Virus record (IMG/VR): IMGVR_UViG_3300025900_000203
DNA length: 61,033 nt
From: an uncultured virus (IMG/VR IMGVR_UViG_3300025900_000203)
Lineage: Duplodnaviria > Heunggongvirae > Uroviricota > Caudoviricetes
Direction: 5' to 3' (one strand)
Shown: positions 22,419 to 30,212 of the stretch, piece by piece
Layout: every line of letters starts with the position of its first letter
How positions within the stretch are numbered: the first letter of the stretch is position 1
Notes under the pieces: model-generated
Told to the model about the DNA's origin: nothing
What the model saw: the letters and a program-made list of their open reading frames with translations, nothing else
The model's database searches: none
Translations under genes and position numbers: made by a program

Positions 22419-23120
22419 TTGATGAACGCACGACCTTCTGGCCGTTTCGAGCGGCGCCGTCCCGATGCGGGCCTGCGGATCAACCAACGTATCCGCGCTT
22501 CTGAAATCCGTCTGATCTACGAGGGCGAGCAACTCGGTATCATGTCCCCGCAGCAAGCGTTGCGGATCGCTGATGACAAGGGCCTCGATCTCGTCGAGAT
22601 CTCACCAGGAGCGGCTCCTCCAGTGTGCCGGATCATGGATTACGGAAAGTACAAATTCGAGGAAGCGAAGAAGAAGCAGCTCTCACGCAAGGGCACCGCA
22701 ATCTTCGAGACCAAGGAGATCAAGTTCCGTCCCAAGACGGAAGAGCACGACATGGACTTCAAGGTGAAGCATGTCCGTCGCTTTCTCTCCGAAGGTCACA
22801 AGGTCCGGCTCATCGTTGTCTTCCGCGGGCGCGAGCTAGCACATCCCCAGACAGGGAACGCGGTACTCGATCGTGTGGTGGCACGCTGCGAGGATCTCGC
22901 GACGGTGGAGGTGCGGCCAAACATGGAAGGTCGGCGCTTGCTCATGATCATCGCGCCGCGCCCGAGTGTCGTGCAGAAGGCCCAGGAGCTGAAGAAGGCC
23001 AAAGCTGCCGCTCTTGCGGCCGAGCGCTTGGTGCGGAAAGATGATCGGCTCGAGCTGGAGGACGATCTCGACGAGGCTGCGATCAACGCGGACGTCGAAG
23101 ACTCTGAAGACGCTGAGTAA
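22419..23120 (+). CDS. infC: Translation initiation factor IF-3
   Basis: RINQRIRASEIRLI..GLDLVEISPGAAPPVCRIMDYGKYKFE..KEIKFRPKTEEHD..GHKVRLIVVFRGRE; extra acidic tail. Confidence 0.97.
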   Translation: MMNARPSGRFERRRPDAGLRINQRIRASEIRLIYEGEQLGIMSPQQALRIADDKGLDLVEISPGAAPPVCRIMDYGKYKFEEAKKKQLSRKGTAIFETKEIKFRPKTEEHDMDFKVKHVRRFLSEGHKVRLIVVFRGRELAHPQTGNAVLDRVVARCEDLATVEVRPNMEGRRLLMIIAPRPSVVQKAQELKKAKAAALAAERLVRKDDRLELEDDLDEAAINADVEDSEDAE

Positions 23121-23162
23121 CGTGATTTTTGGAAGGATTTTGTCCTCGGGGTAGGGTAGTCC

Positions 23163-23600
23163 GTGGCGGAAATCAAAAAGATCGGCAGCCTTGTCCCTGA
23201 GATCTCCGAAGAGGATTGCGAGCGCGGACCTCGTGGGCATCGTGGGCATGAGGGCTCTACCGGAGCGACCGGACCCACCGGAGCAACCGGGCCTTCAGGT
23301 GGCAGCAGCGCGGACTTCGCGATGGCCTCGATCGGCAACAGCGAAGGGCCGACGATCATCGCGCAGGTCAACGTTTCTGCCGTCAGCTTCGACGGAACTT
23401 CGACGACGCTGACACTCACCACGCCTGTCCCGGATCCGACCAAGGCGATCTTGGAAGTGACGTTGTTCTCGCCGGCAGGACCGCCCAACGCGGTCTATGC
23501 GAGCATGATCGATGCGAGCCATGTCGGAATCAGCATCCTCAATGTCGGCGGTGCCCCTGTCTTCACGGCCTTCTTCCTTCGACTGGCCTTGGTTCCATAG
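23163..23600 (+). CDS. Short collagen-like protein
   Basis: MAEIKK..DCERGPRGHRGHEGSTGATGPT. Confidence 0.8.
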   Translation: MAEIKKIGSLVPEISEEDCERGPRGHRGHEGSTGATGPTGATGPSGGSSADFAMASIGNSEGPTIIAQVNVSAVSFDGTSTTLTLTTPVPDPTKAILEVTLFSPAGPPNAVYASMIDASHVGISILNVGGAPVFTAFFLRLALVP

Positions 23601-24045
23601 CCAACTCGTCGTCGAGCACTCGCTCATCGAAGCCATCTTGTCCCGCGCCTTGGCTCCCAGCGCAGGGATCGGCGAACGCGCCAATGTCGTCGATGGCGGT
23701 TGGCGATCTGGAGAAAGTATCGCCTACTGGCCAGAGGCAGCGCGCACACTGGAAGCTCTCCGCGAATGCCTCGCGACCAAAGAGCTCCGTGCATGGGCTG
23801 TCGTTCACCGAGGCGACGGCAGTTATCACAACTGGCATCGCCACGATGGAACACACTGGCGGTGCTCGGGGGTCCTCTATCTAACCAATGGAGGAGCACG
23901 CACCTTGTTTCGACACGACGGCAAGATTCTGCGATCCGTCCCTGCGCTAGGGCGTGTGATCACATTTCCTTCAAAGATCGACCACGCGACCGAGCGGCAC
24001 TACGGTCCACCACGGATCACGGTGGCCTTCAACGTCGCTCCATGA
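23512..24045 (+). CDS. 2OG-Fe(II) oxygenase (TIGR02466-like); start uncertain
   Basis: WAVV..HNWHRH..SGVLYL..GRVITFPS..H..RITVAFNV. Confidence 0.7.
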   Translation: MRAMSESASSMSAVPLSSRPSSFDWPWFHSQLVVEHSLIEAILSRALAPSAGIGERANVVDGGWRSGESIAYWPEAARTLEALRECLATKELRAWAVVHRGDGSYHNWHRHDGTHWRCSGVLYLTNGGARTLFRHDGKILRSVPALGRVITFPSKIDHATERHYGPPRITVAFNVAP

Positions 24046-24971
24046 ATCGAGCGAGCTGTCAGAGTCGCATGTGAAGCTAGGGTCGTGGAAATCGGAACCG
24101 TCCGCAGTGAATGCATCGAAGCCTTGATGAAGCTGGAAGCGTCGCAACGTGTGAGCGTTCTCCAAGGTTTGATCAAGATGTTCAACGTGCCTGCACGCTG
24201 CCAATCGTGCGGTCTCTCGACGGAAACCGTCGTGCAGTGTGGAGCGTGCACAACACCGTCACCGACAGCTGCTTAGGTCGGGCATTCTGGGAGATCTGCC
24301 GTCATCCCGGCAGCCCCACCGAATCAAGGAGATCCTATGAAGCGTTACGAGCAAAAGATCATGACGTGGTGCACGAGTGGTCCGCATGGCGCTGCCACGC
24401 ACCATCCACCAGGACCTTATTGGCGTGTGGTCGGATTTGCCATGGCGAGCGCCAATGGCTCCACCTACGCAACGATCGTGTACGAGCGCGAAAACACGGA
24501 TGGCGATCCCACAGCGACGCAATAGCGCGACGGCTTCATAGCTTTCGAAACGCCGCTTCCACCACCCGTTTGCAGTGCAGATCGCCGAGGCCGTTGTCGA
24601 GGACCCAGCAAGAGACGTCTGGGCTGACATGACAGACAGGGCACTCGATTCGATAGGCGCGCTGTGTCAACACCTTGATGGCACGGTCGAGGTCGACACG
24701 ACGAGCAATCGAGCGAGGCTTGCGCAGGAAAGCGGACTTCAAGCTTTCCCCCGCGGCATGCGTGCGAGCTGTGGAACCAACAACCGTTCCGCACCCCGTG
24801 CTGCGATTTCGATCACCCGCGATCGAGTCGAGCGTCGTGGAAGCTCTTCGTTGAACGGTGTCGATTCCTTCGGACCGAGCGCGTGATCGATCGCGCGTTG
24901 TGCAGGACTCTTGGGTGTGCGCGCCATGCCCCATCTTGAACCGTCAATGTTGAAGCTTTCAAGAGACCCTC

Positions 24972-25000
24972 TTGACATCTCTTGCAACCGTCCGCAGGAT
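24972..25000 (+). promoter_or_regulatory. Sigma-70-type promoter for the pth / tRNA-like array
   Basis: TTGACA-N17-CAGGAT, with ATG 7 nt downstream. Confidence 0.55.
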
Positions 25001-25092
25001 GATCTCCATGTCGCTGCATTGACCGAGAGCGCCTTGTGCGTTCTCCTAGTGTTCCGCCGGATGCTCCGAGTCCATCGTCGAGCGTCACCGAC

Positions 25093-25404
25093 GTGAGTCC
25101 CAAGACTCACTTCATCATCGTCCGAGAGGATCTCCCCAAAGGATTTCTCGCCGCCCACGTCGCGCATGCCGCCGGCGAAAGCGGACCGGCACCGCCAGAG
25201 TCCATCGCGGTTGTGCTCGGCGTCGCGGACGAAGCCGCGTTGCTCGCGATCGCGGAGCGACTCACTGTGCATGCGGTCAAGCATGTACTGATCCGTGAGA
25301 ACGCGGGCGTGTATGCCGGCCAGGCGACCGCCATCGGCGTGCGTCCCACGCACGACCGCAAGCGTGTCGGAAAGGCGGTGTCGAGCTTGCGACTCGTCCG
25401 GTGA
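25093..25404 (+). CDS. Peptidyl-tRNA hydrolase, Pth2-like
   Basis: HFIIVREDLPKGFLAAHVAHAAGE..AVVLGV..HVLIRE..GQATAIGVRP..L.L; GTG start overlaps the upstream TGA. Confidence 0.8.
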   Translation: MSPKTHFIIVREDLPKGFLAAHVAHAAGESGPAPPESIAVVLGVADEAALLAIAERLTVHAVKHVLIRENAGVYAGQATAIGVRPTHDRKRVGKAVSSLRLVR

Positions 25405-25412
25405 TCGATCAT

Positions 25413-25475
25413 GGAGCCGCGGCGAACTCACGTGAACCGTCGCCTCGCGACGCTAGCGTCGTCGCGGCTCCGCCA
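25413..25475 (+). ncRNA. CCA-terminated acceptor-stem / minihelix-like RNA
   Basis: 13-bp stem GGAGCCGCGGCGA / TCGTCGCGGCTCC followed by G-CCA; internal hairpin CGTCGC-CTC-GCGACG. Confidence 0.45.
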
Positions 25476-25477
25476 AT

Positions 25478-25548
25478 GCCTTCGTAGCTCAACGACAGAG
25501 CGGTCGGTTCTAACCGACGAGACGGTGGTTAAACTCCATCCGAAGGCT
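25478..25548 (+). ncRNA. tRNA-like RNA with a 6-nt anticodon loop (TTCTAA)
   Basis: Acceptor GCCTTCG/CGAAGGC, D stem GCTC/GAGC, stem GTCGG/CCGAC, T arm GGTGG-TTAAACT-CCATC. Confidence 0.75.
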
Positions 25549-25551
25549 CTT

Positions 25552-25624
25552 GGGGATGTAGCTCAGTGGCAGAGCGAAAGACTCGAAAGAGTTTTTGGTG
25601 GTGGTTCGATTCCATCCGTCCCCA
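25552..25624 (+). ncRNA. tRNA-like RNA with the anticodon arm replaced by an 8-bp stem and GAAA tetraloop
   Basis: GGGGATG/CGTCCCC, TAGCTCAGTGGCAGAGC, AAAGACTC-GAAA-GAGTTTTT, GGTGG-TTCGATT-CCATC. Confidence 0.8.
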
Positions 25625-25645
25625 CGTGATATAGGTACAGCGATT

Positions 25646-25718
25646 GGAGTCCGAGCTGCCGGGTGCAGCACCGCGAGTAATGATCGCGGGGTGATCGGTT
25701 CGAGCCCGATGGACTTCG
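25646..25718 (+). ncRNA. tRNA-like RNA with a 6-bp anticodon stem and loop GTAATGA
   Basis: GGAGTCC/GGACTTC, GCTG/CAGC, CCGCGA/TCGCGG, ATCGG-TTCGAGC-CCGAT. Confidence 0.7.
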
Positions 25719-25750
25719 CTAGCGCTTGTCTCGAAAAGAAGCGCAACCCG

Positions 25751-25824
25751 GGGCGCGTAGCTCAGTGGCAGAGCGGAAGTGGTGATGAAACTTCAGGTTG
25801 CGGGTTCGATCCCCGCCGTGCTCA
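25751..25824 (+). ncRNA. tRNA-like RNA with a 9-nt anticodon loop (GGTGATGAA)
   Basis: GGGCGCG/CGTGCTC, TAGCTCAGTGGCAGAGC, GAAGT/ACTTC, GCGGG-TTCGATC-CCCGC. Confidence 0.8.
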
Positions 25825-26533
25825 CGCAATCGTCGGAAATGATCTTCCACCACGGCGGTGTGTAACCGTCTAGCTCGCAGCGTGGGCCGTACGTTCCGCC
25901 CAGCTCGAAGAGCACCGCGCCGGTCCGCTCATCGATTCCGTAGAGGATCGAATCTCCGTGGGTGCGTAGCGATACCATGATCGCTTGTCTAACGATCTTC
26001 CTGATTCCTGTGAGCGCTTCATCGATCTTCGCACGCTCATCCAAGGCAGCTTCCAGGAAGAGCTCTTCGCGACGCTGAAGGAACACCAACGCGCGTTCCC
26101 CTAGGTCGAGGATGATTCGCGTAGGATCTGTGGGGCGTAACGCCCACGACTGAAATATCAATGGCAGTTGAACCGTAACCTCACGGCTCCAAAAGACCGC
26201 CAAAAACTGCCGCCCTTCTAGGTACGCGTCGCCAATGTACTCGATGTCGAGTTGCACACGCGCCTCCACGCGCAACGTCTCGAAAGATAGATCTAGCTTC
26301 GAAAGAGCCTCCGCAGGCACAGGCCCGCTTAGAAACTGCGATCGTCCGTCGATTCGAAGATCGTGGATGATCCAGTCAGCAGCATCCCTAACCGTCAAGC
26401 GCTGCGGTTGGAATGGACGCTGCGGTCTCGACTCGATCGTCAATACACGTGGCGTCGGGATGTGGCATCCCCACACCTGAAGCTTCGCAACACCGTCGCC
26501 TAAATAGGTCTTGAGATCTTCCGCGGAGAGCAT
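25793..26533 (-). CDS. Hypothetical protein with a beta-rich SRPQRPFQPQRL module
   Basis: 246 aa ORF; the 3' end overlaps the last tRNA-like gene on the opposite strand. Confidence 0.55.
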   Translation of the reverse strand: MLSAEDLKTYLGDGVAKLQVWGCHIPTPRVLTIESRPQRPFQPQRLTVRDAADWIIHDLRIDGRSQFLSGPVPAEALSKLDLSFETLRVEARVQLDIEYIGDAYLEGRQFLAVFWSREVTVQLPLIFQSWALRPTDPTRIILDLGERALVFLQRREELFLEAALDERAKIDEALTGIRKIVRQAIMVSLRTHGDSILYGIDERTGAVLFELGGTYGPRCELDGYTPPWWKIISDDCVSTAGIEPAT

Positions 26534-26861
26534 CCAATACCGTCAGGCTACAACGATTTCGTGATGAACCTACTGGGTAGACTGCTACCCACACGTTAGC
26601 GACTAGCGACCAGCGTGATGCTTGCCCTGGTAATACGCGTCGTGATGGTACGGACCGCTCGTATCCTTGACGTGTAGATCGAGAGGGCTGTTGCGACGGT
26701 CTGCTTTATCCCAGGCACGTTGCTGCTTGACGCGGCCAGCGCGGCGATGGCCGCAGCACCCACAGTTTCGACCGGCCGAGCACTTGGGACGACGGGATCG
26801 GGACATTTGACCGTAGCTTACAGCCAGCGCGTGGGTAGATCTCGACCCATGTTCGTTGACC

Positions 26862-27491
26862 ATGGCTTCTGCGACAGTCCTTGCGATGAGCGTCGAGAAC
26901 CGCGAAAGCTTCTTCCAGCGTCTCTACCCCTTCTTCTCCCCGAAGATCCTCCGCGACATCGAGCTGGCGTACATCCTCGCGAAGTCGGCGCACCGATCGC
27001 AGGTGCGTAAGGAACTAGACGAGCAAGGTGACCCGGTGCGGTACTTCGAGCACGTCCGTCGGGCGACCCTCATCGGGATCGATCTCGCGCAGATCGTTCG
27101 ACCGGACACGGTTATCGCGAGCATCCTGCACGACGGAATCGAAGACACCCGTGATCTACGTCCCGAAATGATCGAGCATGTCTTCGGGGTCGACGTGTGC
27201 GGGATCGTGAAGGTGCTCTCGAAGGATCCGAAGGAAGGGTACCTCGACCGATTCTACGTGTGCACAGACTGGCGGCCGTACTTCGTGAAGGCATGCGATC
27301 GTCTCGACAATCTTCGCTCGATGTCTGGATCGACCCTCGAGTTCCGTCGAAAACAGGTCACCGAGACCCGGGACAGATACTTCCGGTTATTCGATCGCAT
27401 GGTCACGCTGACGCCGGAGGAGTATCGCGACGGAGTTCGGCGTCTGCGGGAAGTCATCATCAAGACGACGGCGGAAATTCCCCTAGCGTAG
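26862..27491 (+). CDS. HD-domain protein, RelA/SpoT hydrolase (small alarmone hydrolase)-like
   Basis: AYILAKSAHRSQVRK..YFEH..IASILHDGIEDT..VKVLSK..VKACDRLDNLRSM. Confidence 0.85.
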   Translation: MASATVLAMSVENRESFFQRLYPFFSPKILRDIELAYILAKSAHRSQVRKELDEQGDPVRYFEHVRRATLIGIDLAQIVRPDTVIASILHDGIEDTRDLRPEMIEHVFGVDVCGIVKVLSKDPKEGYLDRFYVCTDWRPYFVKACDRLDNLRSMSGSTLEFRRKQVTETRDRYFRLFDRMVTLTPEEYRDGVRRLREVIIKTTAEIPLA

Positions 27492-27917
27492 TCAGCCGCG
27501 CTGACGTCGCTGACGCCGACGCATCCGCCGCTCCAGCGCGCGGCGTGCCTCCGGTTGCAGCGCCTCGAGCCGCAAGCGCTCTCGCGCTGCCTCTGCTTCG
27601 CGGGCTTGCTGTCTTGCTGCCTGCGCTTCCAGGTAGCGTGCCTTCGCACTCGCCCACAGCGCCACGCTATCGTCGAGCGACGGATCAACGGCGAGCGAGA
27701 AACCAAGAGCGCGGAGCTGCACCGCGAGGGTGCGGAGGTAACCACGCCGTTTCTCTTCAGGGACAAGCGCGACGAGGGTTGCATCGGCGCCAAGTGCGGC
27801 GAAGACCACGTCGCTGAAGACACCGTCCGCCGGCAAGTGCTCCTGGATGCGATCGATCGCGACCTTCTCGTGGTCATCAAGCCGTGCGAATAGCTCAATC
27901 GGCGATGGCGACACCAT
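27492..27917 (-). CDS. Hypothetical protein
   Basis: 3' part of ORF 27492-28256; likely start MVSPSPIELF. Confidence 0.5.
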   Translation of the reverse strand: MVSPSPIELFARLDDHEKVAIDRIQEHLPADGVFSDVVFAALGADATLVALVPEEKRRGYLRTLAVQLRALGFSLAVDPSLDDSVALWASAKARYLEAQAARQQAREAEAARERLRLEALQPEARRALERRMRRRQRRQRG

Positions 27918-27942
27918 CGTCGGTCCGAACGTCCATTTCACT

Positions 27943-28374
27943 TCAGGTCGCGTCGCCATGCTTGACATGACCGTGCCACGAACAACCCGCAAGGAGTGCC
28001 ACCGAGGGTGTCCTTCCTTCGCTTGGAACGAAGGTGAGATCTCCCAGGCCTGTTCCCGAAGGTGTCCATCGCCCGGGCTTCGGCTCCGCGTCGTCAGGAA
28101 CACGGCCGACGAACCAGCAAAGCACCGCGTGCGTGCCCATAGGTCCGCCGTTCGCTGCGTAGCATTTCGGGCACAGAAACCACACCCCGTCTGCGTCGGC
28201 GATCTGATCGACGGTGTGAAGGTATACGGCCTCTCCTTCACGCTCCTCGATATCATCGTCGGTGAAGGGCCCCGTCGGCCGATCGACCAGCGCCGTGGGC
28301 TTCATGTAGCAGCGTCGCTCAACGCGGACTTCACGCCGAAGGAAGCGTGCTTCCAGATCAGGTACGAGCCGCAT
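27943..28374 (-). CDS. Cys/His protein (DUF6527-like)
   Basis: GVWFLCPKC..H..RWTPSGT..DLTFVPS..CSWHGHV. Confidence 0.6.
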   Translation of the reverse strand: MRLVPDLEARFLRREVRVERRCYMKPTALVDRPTGPFTDDDIEEREGEAVYLHTVDQIADADGVWFLCPKCYAANGGPMGTHAVLCWFVGRVPDDAEPKPGRWTPSGTGLGDLTFVPSEGRTPSVALLAGCSWHGHVKHGDAT

Positions 28375-28375
28375 G

Positions 28376-28738
28376 TCAGCTGTACTGGGTGAGCGGCTCT
28401 TCGATGCGTGCCTGGATCTTCCGCCAACCCGGCAGGTTCTGATCCATCAGCTCATAGAACCGACCGTCGTGTCCGTCCGTACGATGGTGCACGAGCTCGT
28501 GCACGACGAGATATTCGACGGTCTTTGGCGGGAGCTTCGCGAGCGCCGTATTGAACACGGTGTGCCCGATCGTTTTGTTCGTCGATCCCCAATAGGTCTT
28601 CATCGGCCGCAACTCCCAGTTCAGCACATGCACGCCGAGGATAGGTTCCCACTTGTCGATCAAGCGTTGGAGCTGACCGCGGAGGCGCTCTTTCTCTTTC
28701 GACTCTTCGAGATCTCGGTGAAAGATCGAGTGCTTCAT
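28376..28738 (-). CDS. YgjP/DUF45-like zinc metalloprotein (M48-like)
   Basis: MKTYWGS..FNTALAKLP..EYLVVHELVH....H...FY..M....PGWR. Confidence 0.85.
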   Translation of the reverse strand: MKHSIFHRDLEESKEKERLRGQLQRLIDKWEPILGVHVLNWELRPMKTYWGSTNKTIGHTVFNTALAKLPPKTVEYLVVHELVHHRTDGHDGRFYELMDQNLPGWRKIQARIEEPLTQYS

Positions 28739-28788
28739 CGACAGCCACCATTGTCGCCGACGCCAACGTGCTGTGCAACACTTCACGG

Positions 28789-29343
28789 ATGGCGCGATCA
28801 CTCCGTCCGTACGGCCCAGGCACCGCTAGATTTTCTACCTGCAAGACGTGGCGCTACGCGCTGACCCGAGACTTGACCGCCCAGCCGCATCCAACCCCGC
28901 GTCGCGGGATCCTGCTCTCGATCGGACTCAATCCGTCCACAGCGACGGATGACGATGACGATCCGACGATTCACAAAGAGTCTGGATTCGCGGTCGATTG
29001 GGGGCACGCGCTGTATCTGAAATACAACGCATACGCTTACCGCGCGACGTTGCCGAAGGACATGTTCGCGGCGCGGAAGCGCGGCGTCGACATTGTCGGC
29101 CCCGACAACGATCGTTCCATCCTGGAGGCAGTCCACCGCATCCGTCACGAAGGAGGACTCGTGCTCGCGGCTTGGGGGAAGCATATCGAGCCCGATCGTC
29201 AACAGGTTCTCGGAGCACTTCTCCGCGAATTTCAAGTCGTCTGCGTGGACACCAACAAAGACGGCAGTCCTTCGCACCCGTTGTACAAGAGCGCGGACTA
29301 CATCCGGCCATGGCGGTGTCCAACCCTTCCGGTCCCGTTATGA
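28789..29343 (+). CDS. DUF1643-family protein
   Basis: WRYALTR..IGLNPSTA..DDPTI..N.YAYRAT.P..GPDND..LAAWG..G.P.HPLY. Confidence 0.85.
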   Translation: MARSLRPYGPGTARFSTCKTWRYALTRDLTAQPHPTPRRGILLSIGLNPSTATDDDDDPTIHKESGFAVDWGHALYLKYNAYAYRATLPKDMFAARKRGVDIVGPDNDRSILEAVHRIRHEGGLVLAAWGKHIEPDRQQVLGALLREFQVVCVDTNKDGSPSHPLYKSADYIRPWRCPTLPVPL

Positions 29344-29545
29344 GTCTGCGACCCTTCCTCGATCATCTACGCGACGCCTTTGGCAACCCATCGAAGGCGC
29401 GAGTCTCGTACATGCGCGAGCGCGGCTGGAAAAACGATGAGCTGTGGTACGAGGCCTGGCGGAACGGACTTGGTGACGAGGTCGATGCCGCGTGCGCGAT
29501 CGTGCCACTCGGCAAGCTCGATACCCCTAAGACCACCAAGAAGTC

Positions 29546-29896
29546 TTAGCGGCAAGACTTCTTCTTCTCGGCAAGGCACTCCGCGATGTCAGCATCCAGA
29601 TCGGCCTCGCTCTTACCACGGCTCTTCTTGGAAGGCTTCGCAGCCGCCTTCGGTGTCTTGGCGCGTGTGCTTCCACCGAGCTTCCGTTCCTTGCGCGCGA
29701 CATCGCCGTCGCTGTCGAGGAAGTAGAGGTACCTCGAGTAGTCCAATTCGAGGTTGGTTGCCGCAACCTTCTGCGGCTTACCCTTCGGCATCCCTGGCTG
29801 CTTACGCGGCGTCGCCCAGACGTCACCGTCTTTGATGTAGTACATCAGGTCGTTATCACGTTCGATCCCGAGGCGTGCGATCTTATCAGTCAACAT
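29546..29896 (-). CDS. Basic protein with C-terminal KSEADLDADI motif
   Basis: TAGGGT-N6-ATG; a variant of the KSxAQLDxEI motif at the C-terminus. Confidence 0.7.
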   Translation of the reverse strand: MLTDKIARLGIERDNDLMYYIKDGDVWATPRKQPGMPKGKPQKVAATNLELDYSRYLYFLDSDGDVARKERKLGGSTRAKTPKAAAKPSKKSRGKSEADLDADIAECLAEKKKSCR

Positions 29897-29980
29897 GGGA
29901 GGACCCTAACCGAAGGATTACCGTCGCTGCGAGGGGAAAGCTCAGAAGATCTTCTTAGGATCTTCACAGGTATCCTTGGG

Positions 29981-30212
29981 CATGACCAAGGACCATACGT
30001 TCGCCCGCCTCTTGGAAGGGGATCAGCCTGGAGAGAGTCGGATCCGCTGCTCGTGTGGCTGGACTTCGGTAAGTGCACCTGGGCACCTGCTCGATCTCGA
30101 CATTCACTTCGCCGAAGTAAACAACGTCTCCTATGAAGAGCAGAAACAGCGCACCGCTGAAGCGCTGCGAGCTGCCGGCATCACGTGTCCTGATCCGAAG
30201 CCTCTCAACTGA
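29981..30212 (+). CDS. Hypothetical protein
   Basis: ORF 29976-30212, CSCGW motif; start approximate. Confidence 0.45.

Noticed and set aside
25478..25548. Canonical tRNA-Arg(TCT) or amber suppressor tRNA
   Set aside because: The loop has only 6 nt and the T loop is TTAAACT, so the anticodon cannot be assigned; kept as tRNA-like.
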